Source: Octopus sinensis (taxonomy: Eukaryota). From it: 64,000 nt of DNA. Position 1 is the stretch's first letter. Each line of letters begins with the position of its first letter. Location: NCBI RefSeq assembly GCF_006345805.1, contig NC_043003.1:61566001-61630000 (forward strand). Reading direction: 5' to 3'. Positions 51,142 to 63,729 of this stretch are shown piece by piece. The notes below the pieces were generated by a model that saw only the letters and a program-made list of their open reading frames with translations, was not told the origin of the DNA and searched no databases. A program made the position numbers and the translations under genes.

Positions 51142-52419
51142 GGTGCATAGCTTAGTGGTTAAGGCATTGCACTTATGATTGCAAGACTGTGAGTTTGATT
51201 CCCAGACTGGGTGTTGCATTGTGTTCTTGAGTAAAGCACTTCATTTCATATTGCTCTGCAATCATTTCATCATCTGACATGTGGCACATGGTACACCTGA
51301 ACAGGTAATGTTGATCTGATGGAGGGAGAGAGCTTATGTCTACCCAAACATTTGATCACTTTTAACAAATCCTCTGTGTGGTTGTTCAGTAAGAAATTCT
51401 CGAAACCTTATATGTTGTCAAATGGTGGAAGAGTCCATCTTATATATATATATATATATATGATGGGATTCTTTCAGTTTCCATCTACCAAATCCACTCA
51501 CAAGGCTTTGGCTGGCCCAGGAATAAAGTGGAAGACACTTGCCCAAGGTGCCATGCAGTGGGACTGAATCCAGAACCATGTGGTTGGGAAGCAAACTTCT
51601 TACCATGGTGCCATGCCAACACCAAATGAATGGATTTGCTAGCAAAGGTTTGCCTTTGTAGCTTCTGTCCCATTCTTAAGTATTTCTGATTCATCATAGA
51701 GAACTTGTGAATGGAAGAAGAGTTAATTAGCAACCCGTTGTTAAATCTTCAATCAAAAATGTAAAATAGCAATGACAACAACAAGTAACTAAATAACCGA
51801 ATAAATAAATAAATAAATAAGTAAATTCTAAAGTGAAGCAACAGAGGCTGATATATATATACATTTAACATAAATAACAAGATGAAAAAGAATGCTACCA
51901 TTTCAAACAGTGATAAGTTAAAACAATACAACTAATATACAAAAATACAAAACGACACATTTATCTCACTTAGACTAAATAAACAGAAAGAAATAAAGCA
52001 ATAACACAAATTAAATATTCCAGTTTCAAAAATGTCATGAAGTAAACAATGTATTTTACCTAATTTCAGTAAACTAGGTGAAATAATTATACCTATACGA
52101 TTTTACAAAAATTATCTATTCTAATATTTATATTATAACTATTCTTCCCCCTTCACTTAAAAACAAACCATAAATCAAGTTGGACAGTTCATGTAAGACT
52201 TTGATAAGTTCAGTTGTCATGAGAGGTGGAGAACTGCATGTGTATGTGTGAAGTATATCTATGAGAGAAAGGAATATGGATATGGATATATCCATATATA
52301 TATCTGTGTGTGTGTGTGTGTGTGCGTGTGCGTATGTATGTATGTATGTATGTATGTATGTATGTATGTATGCATGTATATGTGTATGTATGCATGTATG
52401 TATTATGTATATATTTGTG

Positions 52420-52460
<41 letters not shown>

Positions 52461-53132
52461 AGAGAGAGAGAGAGGCATCATGGACATGAAAGTGAAGAGT
52501 TGCATGTGTGTAAAAGGGGTGGATATATCTATGTTTGTGAGTGTGAGTGTGAGAGTGTGTGTGGGGGGGGGTATTAGAGAGAGAGAGAGTCTGGATAAAT
52601 TCAAACGCTATGAGTAAAGCATCTGAGATGAGAAAATGAATGCAATCCCTTTGGCAGAAAGGAAGAGCGCATGGGAAGCAACTGGCACAAAAGTGTGTTG
52701 TGAGAAGGTGAGGTTATGTGTGGGTGGGGTGGGGGTGAATCGGTAATGCCAAGAGAAAGACAGAGAGAGAGGGGGAGACAGAGGTGAGTTGATGTGAGAG
52801 ACTCAGGGAGGAGTTTAGAATTGGAGAGGAATTGCAGAAACAGCCAATGTGCTAAGCCAGGCAAGAGAAGGTGGTGGTGGTGGTGGTGGTGGTAGCAGTA
52901 ATGTCAAAGGGAGGGAGAGAAATGTAGAGAGAACAATATGTAAAAGAAGCAAAAGGTGTAGGGGGAGGAGTCAAAGACCAATTGCATTTAGAAAATTAAT
53001 TAAAAATATTTAAATCTTATTATTCTCGCTTTCTCCCATTCAATTTCCAAATGTTACCATTTTTCTTTAACTCTTGTCAGTCATTGGACCAAGGCCATGC
53101 TGGGGCACAACCTTGAAGGGTTTAGTCGAATA

Positions 53133-53426
53133 CAATGGTTCCCAAAGTGGGTGGTGCGTCTCCCCTGTGGGTGGTGGGAAGATCAAGAAGAGCGTTGAAG
53201 AGGAGTGGGGCAATAATAGGGTGGCCAAAAGGGGGCAATGGATGTACCCCCACCCCCAAAAAATTATGGGTTAATTAGCTTGAGTTTTATTTGTGAAATA
53301 CTGTTGTTTTGAATTTGCTGTAGAAAGTGGTCTCCATTTATGGTGCTGAGTGGGAGGTGTGTGTGTGCTAGGAATGTGGTTTGAGTATCAAGGGGGCAGC
53401 AGCCCGGAAAAATTTGGGAACCACTT
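53133..53426. mobile_element. hAT (Charlie-like) MITE inserted into a SINE A tail
   Basis: TIRs CAATGGTTCCCAAA / TTTGGGAACCACTT; degenerate 8 bp target-site duplication gtcgaata / gtttaata. Confidence 0.75.
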
Positions 53427-54451
53427 GTTTAATACATTGATTACAGTACTTGTTTTGTAAGTCTGGTACTAATTTTATTGGTCTCTTTTGCCAGAGTGCT
53501 AAGTTAATTGGCGTTTCGTTGGTTTCTATGGTGAAGGTTTCAGTTGATCTAAACAATGAAACAGCCTGCTTGTGAAATTGACATGCAAGTGGCTGAGTAC
53601 TCCACAGACACGTGTACCCTTAACATAGTCTTCAAAGAGATTCAGAGTGACACAGGGTGCGTACAAGTTCTACTCATTTTTGCCAGCTGAGTGGACTGAA
53701 GCAACATGAAAGAAAAGTGCCTTGCTTAAGGACACAATGCTTTGCTGAGTATCAAACACATGATCGTGAACCAAAATCCGAATCACCAAGCCACATACCT
53801 TCACAAAGTTCTAAGTTACATGGACATAAACAAACCAACATCTGTTATACCTGGTGGGAGTGGGGGACAAAAACTCAAAGCCAAACACATACACACGTGA
53901 TAAGATTCCACACAGTTTCCATCTAGTAAGTTCACTAAGGTATTGGTTGGCCTGAGATAATAGCAGAAGGCACTTGCCCCAGGTGTTGTGCAGTGGGATT
54001 GAACCTGAAAACATGTGGTTGCAAAGTGAGCTTCTTAACTATTTTACTGAATCCATGTATAATTAAGGCCACTGGAAATCCAGTTGTTTGAATTCAAAAC
54101 CAATCAGTGGCCAGAGTCAATGTCCAATTTATCTTAATTAAAATTTAAACCATCACCATCATCATCATTAGTTTCATATGACGTTGCTGCTGTCATTGTT
54201 TAATCCTAAGTCAGCTCTGACTGAATAAATCTATGCTCAGATGTCAAAACCATGACCATCCCACCTTTTCCTCAGGCATCCTTCAAATTATTCCACCCTA
54301 AAACGCTGAAGGACACCCAATGTCTCCATCAGCTTTTTTAGGATGATATGAACTGATCTGAGGGAGATTTGGCTCTTATTTCTCAAAGGTTAAGCAACCA
54401 TAGAGGCTTGTTCAGAAGCTTGTGACAATGTGTGGATGCCTTTTTCTTATT

Positions 54452-54672
54452 TTAACCCTTTCGTTACCGTATTTATTTTGAGATGCTCTGTGTTTCTTTC
54501 AATTATTTTAAATATAACAAAGAATTTAGTAAAATAACTTAGTCTTCATTAAGCTAGTGTTAGGAACATAAATTGTGACTAAGGTTTGGTGGTAGATTTT
54601 AATTCAAAACTTATGAAAGTAAGACATTTGTACAGATCCACAGCTGGTTTCAGCTGGGTTGGTAATGAAAAG
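54452..54672 (+). mobile_element. piggyBac-type MITE family A
   Basis: Near-identical to 56499-56727; right end decayed. Confidence 0.85.
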
Positions 54673-55209
54673 TATAGCATCCATTCAAGTATTTCAGTTT
54701 AATCTATTGGGGCCCGTTTCCTCAAACCATCTTTGGTCATCATCATCATCATCATCATCCTCATCATCATTATCATCAACATCATCAGCATCATTTAACA
54801 TCCATTTTCCATCATGCTGGATGGTTTGACCAGGGTTAGTAAGGCCGAGGGCTACACCAAGACCCATTATCTGTTCTGGCATGGTTTCTATGGTTGGATG
54901 CACTTCCTAATGCCAACCACTCTACAGTGTGTACTGGGTGTTTTTTATGTGGCATCAGCACCATTGCTTTTAGCATGGCACCAACATGGGTGCTTTTTTA
55001 TGTGGAACCAGCACCAGCATCAATTCTGCTGTAGCAGGCAAGTCTTCTTGAGTACAGCAATGTGCCAGATATCTCCATCCTTAGTAATTTCCTTCATAAG
55101 GCTCAGTCTCTTGTGATTGGCCTTCAGTTGATTAGATTTAATAGTACTTTTGATAACATTGCGAGCTGTTATTGAAAGGATCACCTAATGTACTCTACTC
55201 AAGAAATTC

Positions 55210-55321
55210 ACGGGTATATGGCATAGTGGTTAAGAGCACGGGCTATTAACCCCAAGATTCTGAGTTCAATTCAAGGCAGTGACCTAAATAATAATAATGA
55301 TAATAATAATAATAATAATAA

Positions 55322-55352
<31 letters not shown>

Positions 55353-55680
55353 AAGAAGAAGAAGAAGAAGAAGAAGAAGAAGAAGAAGAAGAAGAAGAAG
55401 AAGAAGAGAAGAAGAAGAAGAAGAGAAGAAGAAGAAGAAGAAGAGAAGAAGAAGAAGAAGAAGAAGAAGACGAAGAAGAAGAAGAAGAAGAAGAAGAAGA
55501 AGAAGAAGAAGAAGAAGATTGAAAAATACCTTAGGAATGAGAACCCAGGTTTGAAATTTCCCCAAGACACCGGATGAAGGCTGGAGTGTATATCAGCTGA
55601 AATGTTGTGCTAACAGCAAACAAGATGAGGACAAATATCTAATGTAAATAATGTAAATTCACTTCAGTCTTTAAAAATAT
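55210..55680 (+). mobile_element. tRNA-headed SINE (family H) with an expanded (AAT)n(AAG)n core and a hammerhead-like 3' region, copy 2
   Basis: Head TGGCATAGTGG...GAGTTCAATTC; motif GACAC-CGGATGA-A-GGCTG-gagtgtatat-CAGCT-GAAA-TGTT-GTG at 55564-55611. Confidence 0.75.
55287..55518. repeat. Compound (AAT)n(AAG)n microsatellite, ~230 bp
   Basis: Read directly; source of the poly-R, poly-F and poly-L ORFs. Confidence 0.95.
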
Positions 55681-56498
55681 ACAGGTACAGGCATACCTGT
55701 ATGGTTAAGAAGTTCATTTTGGAACCATTTGGTTTTGGGTTGAGTCCCACTACACAGGGCAAGTGTCTTCTGCTATAACTCCAGGCTGACCAGTGTCTTG
55801 TGAGTGAATTTTGTAGATGCAAACTGTGTCAATAGACGATGGATGAGACTTTTGCAATTTCTTGTTGTACAATCATAGAGATGACTTGTTTATCGTGATC
55901 AAATGTTATTGTGTTGTATATTAACTCATAACCTCCATCAAATCAACATTGCTTCTATGGGTGCACAAGTGTGCCACATGTCAGATGTCAAAATGACTGC
56001 AGTGCAATGTGAAATGAAGAATTTTACTCAAGAATACAATACATTGCCCAGTCTAAAATTTGAACCCATGACCTAGTGATTGTGAGTACAACACCCTAAC
56101 TACTAAGCCACAGGCCTTCACTGTATGTATGTATGTATGTATGTATGTATGTATGTGTACATGTATGTATTTATGCATGTATGTATGTATGTATGTATGT
56201 ATGATGTATGTACATATGCACGCATGCATGTATGTGTGTGCATATATGTTTGTATATATGTATATGTGTGTTTTTCTTCATGTTTGTGTTTATACTCCCA
56301 GCCTACTGCTCAACAACTGGTGTTGGTTTGGTTACAGCCCCATAACTTAACAGTTCAGTTAAAGGAACTAATAGAAAAAGTACCAAACTTAAAAAATAAG
56401 CCCTGGGGTTGATCTGATCAACTAAAACCCCAAAATGATACCCCAGCGTGGAGTAGCCCAATGACTGAAAGCAAGTCTACAACAAAACATGAAAATGT

Positions 56499-56727
56499 TT
56501 AACCCTTTCGTTACTGTATTTATTTTGAGATGTTCTGTGTTTCTTTCAATTATTTTAAATATAACAAAGAATTTAGTAAAATAACTTAATTATCATTAAG
56601 CTAGTGTTAGGAAGATAAATTGTGACTAAGGTTTGGTGGAAGATTTTAATTCAAAACTTATGAAAACAAGATCTTTGTACTACAGAGCCAGAGCCGGTTT
56701 TGGCCGGGTTGGTATCGAAAGGGTTAA
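56499..56727 (+). mobile_element. piggyBac-type MITE family A, complete
   Basis: TTAA-CCCTTTCGTTAC...GGTATCGAAAGGG-TTAA. Confidence 0.9.
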
Positions 56728-59227
56728 GAATCCTTAGAATATACAGACAATTCTCATTTAACTCAATCATATTTTGATTCACAATCTAATAATTTACAGT
56801 TCAACTTTTAAAGGTCATTTTATACAGTCTAAACAGCCCCAAAGCAATGAAGTTATTTTCTCTAAATAGTTAATGTTTCCAATCAAAAAAATTTCTCTGA
56901 GACAGTCTCGTAATAAAAGACATCTTCTTTTTATGAAATATGCATAATAGGTGATAACTGCAAGTATGGCAGTGTAGATAAGGTGTTTGCTTCATAAACC
57001 AAATGGTTTGGGGTTCCATACCACTGCACGACAAGACTTCTACATTAGCCTTGAAATGACCAATGCTTTGTGAATACAACTGGTAGACATAAACTGTTCA
57101 GAAGTGTGTGTGTGTTTAATTTCCACATGACAGTGATGCCATGTTTGTGAAGGTATGTGCTGCACTCATAATTGTAAGAAGTTTCAATTCCTGAACTGGG
57201 CAGTGCATTGTGTTGCATTCTTAAGCAAGACACTTCATTCATATGGCACCTCTCCACTCAGCTGTAAATGAGTTCAAGCAATAGCTGGGAAGTTGACTCT
57301 ATGATGCACTAGCATCTTCTTCAGGGGACAGTATTGTCACTTATATGTAACAGAAACGGGGTTAAGCCTTATGAATCCTAGAACTCAGGAGGCAGAGAGG
57401 GAGAGAGAGAGAGAGAGATAGAGCTGAGAGGGAGAGAGAGAGAGAGCTGAGAGAGAGAGAGAGAGAGAAAAAGAGAGAGTCATTATACTTACATCTGTAA
57501 ACAACAGACCCTGTAGATCTGCAATTTTGACCAGATAAAGAAAAAAAAGAATAAATATATGTTACTTGAATAAACAGGTATGGTTTGATAACAGGAAAGG
57601 CATCCAGCTGTATGAAACTTCTATCCAGCCCATGCCATCATGGAAAAAGCAGATGTAAAAACAATGATGATGATGATGATGATCATGAGCATGATCACTC
57701 CCTAAGAACTATACAAGCATGGTCAGAGGAAATTTTTTGAGGTGGATTTTTCGACAGACAGGTGTCCTTCTTGTAACCAAACCTCACCTGTTTCCAAGCA
57801 AAATATTTCCCTGTGGCCAAAAAACGTTTTTCATGGAAGTAACATAGCTTGCATGATGTGGTGCTTGTTTACAAGCATTACATGATGTCAAGACAAGGGT
57901 ACAAACACACACACACACACATACAACAGGCTTCTTTCAGTTTTTATCAACCAAATTCACTCACTAGAGTTTGCTCAGCCTGGGGCTATATTGGAGGACA
58001 CTTCAGCCAGGGTGCTATGCAACAGGACTGAACTGGAGAGCTGGTTGGGAAGCAAACTTCTTAAACACAGAGCCATGTGTGCGACTGCTACTAATGTAGT
58101 GTGTTCTATTAAAAATAATTAGTATGATTTTTTTTTATTACGTTATGTCTCTGTAAAGGTTTTTCAAAAATAGACAGCAAAAAATGCTAGATATTGTCTC
58201 CACCATGAACTTATGGTTGAATAATAAATCAAGCAGTTAATATCAGATAAAATAGTGATAGATGTAAGATAAACATTAGGAATTAGTAAGAAAATTTCTA
58301 GAATGATGTCCTCTTATGATAATAATCATTACAAGATAGGAAAACTGATCATTGTTGCTGTGACTGTCTAACCCCCAGGTCAGCTGTCATAACTTTGTCT
58401 TTTTAATATTTTTTTCAAATACAGTGTACAATACAGTTCCCCTAATCTGGCATTTCTGGGATCTGGGTAAAGCTGGATTATCAAATATGCAAGTGTAGTA
58501 GTATTTAGTCTTAAAAAAGAACAACAAAACTAAGTCTTTTAATTAGGTCATCAGACATTTAACAGTATTTTTCAGGAGCTTCAATCTCTGCCAAGCTTCT
58601 TTCTTTCCTTTCTTTTTTCCTTTTTTGTTATTGCTAGGCAAATTATGCTTACAAATGCAATACTATGTTTAAATTTTCTCAATTATCCCACTGTATACAC
58701 CCAAGTAAATCTCTGCACTCCTCTAGGTTTCAAGTAATTGCTTGGCATTTTCAATGATATTGTTGCTGAAACTGGCTTTCAGATCACTTTTCATTAAACC
58801 ACTTAACACTACATCTATTTCTGAAAATTTTATTAATTTATTTATTATTTTTTTTTTTTAACTCTTAAACACCCTGTTTGACATAATTCCACCCAACAGT
58901 ACATATATCTGTCAGTCCTGAAACCACCCAAGTCAAACCAAAATTGTTTATACTCATTTTGAAGGAAGTCCTAAACTATTCTAATCTAAAAGAGATAACT
59001 TTAATCCCTTCTCTAACAATTATTTTTATTTTTACTTGTTTCAGTCATTAGACTGTGGCCGTGCTGGGGCACTGCCTTGAAGAATTTTAGTCGAACAAAT
59101 CAACCTCAGGACTTATTCTTTGGAAGCCTAGTACTTATTCTATTGGTTTTATTTTGCTGAACCACTAAGTTACAGTTGTCAAGCGATGTTGGGGGGAGGG
59201 ACAAATGCAAAAACACAGACATATACA

Positions 59228-59265
<38 letters not shown>

Positions 59266-60919
59266 CACACACATGTGCACTTGAGATTGTGGTTGATTGA
59301 ATTAATTTACAATTAACGAAGAAGAGGTCAATGTCAAAAACAGAGTGCACGCACGCACACACACACAACACACACACACACAATTCCTCATTTCCTTATG
59401 ATATGGCCAGGATGTTTCAAATTTCAATCTCTTTTTTGTAAAGAAACTGTTTCTTACAAGGAAACGAAAACTGAAACATCACATCCTGGTAAAGTTTCCA
59501 TTAAGTTTTAATGTATGTAAGTATTAATGTTTGTGTAATACAAGAGGCTTCCACACAGTTTGTATTTATCAAATAATATGCACAAGGTATTGATTAACCT
59601 AGTATTTATAATAGGGAAGGGGCTGTGAGAAATTAAAAGGGAGTAGATAAACTGTCAAATTTAATTTCGCTAAGCTTTTTGACTTTGTTCTACATCAGGC
59701 ACATAGCAAAATGGATAGAGAATTTGGATCATGATCATAAGGCTGTAAGTTCAATACCTGGTGGTACAGTGTGTCCTTGGGCAAGACACTTTATTTCACA
59801 ATGCTCTAGTCCACTCAGCTGGCAAATATAGGCAGTACCTGTATTTCAAAAGGCCAGCCATGTCACATTCTGTGTCACACTGAATCTCCTTGAAAACTAT
59901 GTTAAGGGTACATGTGTCCGTGGAGTACTCAGCCACTCACACATTAATTTCAAGAGCAGATTGCTCCATCGATTGGGTCACCTGGAACCTCATTGCTGTA
60001 TCCGATGGAGTACCAGTTCTTCAGACCTGAAACTTTCTCGAAATTGTCTTACATCAGGACGATGAAGGTACATGGTTATGGTGCTGCACTCACAATCACA
60101 AGATCGTGGTTTTAATTCCCAGACTGAGTGGTATGCTGTGTTCTCAAGCAAAATATTTTATTTCACATTGTTACAGTCTACCTAGTTGTAATGAATAACC
60201 CTGCACCAGACCAGCTTCCCATTCAGGGGCAATGATGAGATCTCAGTCACTTATACACCATGAAAATCAAGAAGCTGGCCTAATGAGTTCTAGGATTTGA
60301 GACAGTAATAACCATGGGTTGTCTTTATCTTTACCTTTACACCATAGTGAAGAAAGAATTCTATGGATTCAAATGTTATTTCGTTACTTCATTAATAAAA
60401 AGGAAGAAGAACCAAAAAAATTCCAATTATATTTTTGAGAGGTGATAGTTTTCAGCTTGCGAATCACTGAATTAATCCAAGGCTAAGCCAGAAGACCTTT
60501 ATCCAAAATGCTGTACAGAGAAATTGAACCCAAAACCATACTGCAAAGCAAATTTCTTAATGACACAGCCATGTCTGATCCTGTAAGGATGGAATGCAAA
60601 GCTGATTCTGTCAGGATTAGAACTCAGAACATAAAGATATTTGAAGGCATTTCAGTCCCCACTCTAATGCATGTGATAGAAACAGGCCTCCAAGAGCCAT
60701 CCCTCGGGATATAAACAATGCAAATGAAATCGAATTGGCAGAACTGGGAGTCAAGACTGAGTTTACAAACTCATCTCACCAGAATGTTATCATTATGGGA
60801 GATTACATCTTTACCATAAAGTGTTCACCACAATTCTGACATCAATTATGAATTCATTTCATTTGGCAAGAGTACAGGTGTTGAGGCCGAATTCAAGCCT
60901 TTAGTGTTTTGAGGCAAAT

Positions 60920-61440
60920 AAAATGTTAGGCCTCACAGAGGCAATGGCCAAGACCTTTGAAATTATGCCATGCTTGAGAAGAAGACCCATCAAGCCAAGT
61001 AAAATGGCAGTCGTGGCAGACACTGGTGTCATGCAAATGGCACTTGTGCTGGTGGCACGTACAAGTACATTTCAAGCATTGGGTCTCATGAAGGCAAGGA
61101 ACAAGACCATTTGGCATTATGCTGGGCTTTGAGCATTGGGCCTCACAGAGGCATTGACTGAGTCCATTTGGCATTATGCTGTACTTGAGAAGAAGACCCA
61201 TCAAGCCAAGTAAAACTTCAGTCATAGCAGATAACAGTGTCACACAAATGGCACCCATGCTGGTGGTATGTAAAAGCACTCATTACACTCTCAGAGTGGC
61301 TGGCATTAGGAAGGGCATCTAGCTGTAGAAACCATGCCAAAACAGACTGGAGTCTGATGCAGCCTTCCAGCTTACCAGCCCTGGTCAAACCATCCAAACC
61401 ATACCAGCATGGATAACAGATGATGATGATGATGATGATA
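60920..61440 (+). mobile_element. RTE-related 3' UTR and tail with internal duplications
   Basis: gagaagaagacccatcaagccaagtaaaa occurs twice; RTE tail and (GAT)n. Confidence 0.7.
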
Positions 61441-61984
61441 TATATATATATATATATATTTACACACACACATTAGGAAAGCAATGAACCAAAACTGAAA
61501 GAAGACAGCACAGATGGGACAAATTTTAACAAATGTATTAGCTTAAAGTTTGAAAAGAAGGAAAGATGATTTGGAGGTTAGTCTTTCATCACAAGAAAAA
61601 TACAAGAGAAAAGTGCAGGAAAGAACTGAAAGAGAAAAAAATGATTTGAGGAAAAATGAGCAAGGGGATTATGGGCCAGATGAAAACACAGTACTATGAG
61701 GCAGTTGAGAAGGAAAGAGGAGTAAGTGATGCATATGTAGGAGTCTATCCATGTATTGAGTTGGCAGTAAGTTTTGAGGTGTAATTGGGTTTTCTTTTTG
61801 GTGGTGGGGGATGTGTGTAGAAGTATGCAAGTAGTATGGAAGTGTAGTGGTGTGGGACAGTGAAGGTGTGGGTGGCTGGTTGGTGTGATGTGGAATTATA
61901 TTGTGTGCGCATAAAGCTTGGAAGTAAGGAGGTAGTAATGTGCGGAAGCATGAGGTGAAAGGTAAAACAAGAGGAATGGGAAGA

Positions 61985-62215
61985 GTGTTTTTTATTTTTA
62001 TTTCATCTAGTTTCAGCTCATGAGTGGTGGCCATGCTGGGGCACCGCCATTTATTAAAGAGTACAGCAGGGATCGCCACCACCCCCTGCTGGAGCCTCAT
62101 GGAGCTTTAGATGTTTTTGCTCAATAAACACTCACAACGCCCGGTCTGGGAATCGAAACCGTGATCCTACAACTGCGAGTCTGCTATCCTAACCACTGGG
62201 CCATTGCGCCTCCAC
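61985..62215 (-). mobile_element. SINE family D: tRNA-like head with a CR1-derived tail
   Basis: Head TGGCCCAGTGG...GGTTTCGATTCC; tail atggcggtgccccagcatggccaccactcatgagctgaaactag, nearly identical to the LINE end at 6718-6762. Confidence 0.85.
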
Positions 62216-62776
62216 GTGTTGTGCATAAGAATATGAGTGTGAAAGGCTGCTGACAGAGAAGTGGTAGAGGAATAAGAGAAAATATAGAGAAAGAAAAATT
62301 ACAATACAACAACAGTGCAAAAATTAGTGGAGCTACATGGAGGGGCAAAGAGCAGGCAATAGAGGTGTGAGCATGTGTCAGATAAGAAGGTAAGGCATAA
62401 AGCATAGCAGCAAAAGGGAGAAAATAAAAATAAACAAGAGAAAAATTTTTAAAAATCAAAAGAATTATGCAAAAGAAAAACAAAGAACACGAAGAAAGGT
62501 GAAAGGTATGAGTTCAAGAGCAGAGAGAGAGAGAGAGAGAAAAAGAGAGAGAGAGAGACAGGCAGACAGACAGGAAGAGTGAAAAAAGAGAAAATGGAGA
62601 AAAATATTTTACAATGAAACTGATTATAATGCTGGAAGTTATATTACTGGTCCAAAGTGAGGGAAGATAGAAGCCGAAGAATGAAAAATGAGCAAAAGTG
62701 GTGTATGCACATGTAGAAGGTTTATAATGCAGAGGAGTAAAAACAGAAAAGAATTTATATTCATACATAAATATAT

Positions 62777-62891
62777 TCTTTTATTTGTTTCAGTCATTTG
62801 ACTGCGGCCATGCTGGAGCACCGCCTTTAGTCGAGCAAATTGACCATGTGGTTGGTAAGCAAGCTACTTACCACACAGCCACTCCTACGCC

Positions 62892-62892
<1 letters not shown>
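62777..62892 (-). mobile_element. SINE family A with the centre deleted (head joined to tail)
   Basis: gcaaattgACCatgtggttgg junction. Confidence 0.8.
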
Positions 62893-62923
<31 letters not shown>

Positions 62924-63258
62924 TATACAGATATATAGAAATATATACACACTATGAATTGTAGTTTCTTGAATGTGAGAAAGGCAGTTCTGTAATTTCA
63001 TGCTGAACAACCCACATAGACGATTTATTTATATTGATCAAATGTTTGCACTGTACATTAGCTCACACCCTCCATCAGATCAACATTGGTTGTACAGGTG
63101 CACAGTGTACAGTTTATCAGGTGTTGAAGTGATTGCAAATCAACATGAATAAAAATGTTTTGCACAAGAACAGGACACACTGCCTGGTCCAGGAGTTGAA
63201 CCTATGGTCTCGTGATTGTGAGTGCAAACCTTAACCACCACATCACATGACCTAATAC

Positions 63259-63710
63259 ATCTATCTATCTATCCGCTCAGTCAAAGTCGACTCACGGTCA
63301 CTTGTTGGATCAGTGTCCTCCAGTCAGTTCTATCCTGGGCCGCTTCTTTCAGATTGGCTATGTCCATTCCGGTATCCCTTATGATGGTGTCAAGCCAACG
63401 GGTTCTTGGTCGGCCTCTTCCTCTCTTGCCACTGACCATTCCGAGCATGATGTCCTTCTCCAGGGATTTTCTCCGCATAATATGACCGAAACATGCCAAT
63501 CTATGCTTGATGATCCTAGCTTCTAGCGACATTTTCTGCTTAAGAACTTCCCCATTGGTGAGCCTCGCTGTCCATGGAATCCGTAAAAGTCTTCTCCAAC
63601 ACCAAAGCTCGAATGCATTAATTCTCTTCTGGTCAGCTTTCTTTAGTGTCCAGGTCTCGCATCCATATGTTGCAATTGGGAAGACAATTGCATTCACCAA
63701 TCTGCATTTG
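63259..63710 (-). mobile_element. BovB-like RTE LINE 3' end with an uninterrupted reading frame
   Basis: LVNAIVFPIATYGCETWTLKKADQKRINAFELWCWRRLLRIPWTAR...FGHIMRRKSLEKDIMLGMVSGKRGRGRPRTRWLD (track ORF 63281-63700); (GATA)n tail. Confidence 0.85.
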
Positions 63711-63729
63711 GGCTAGGGTTAGGGTTACA

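Noticed and set aside
58420-58830. Possible Tigger/pogo remnant (EIDVVLSGLMKSDLKASFSNNIIENAKQLLET*)
   Set aside because: Too degenerate to assign, and it has stops in all frames as an exon.
59408-59490. Small imperfect nested inverted repeat
   Set aside because: Short and AT-rich, single copy in the window, no assignable function.
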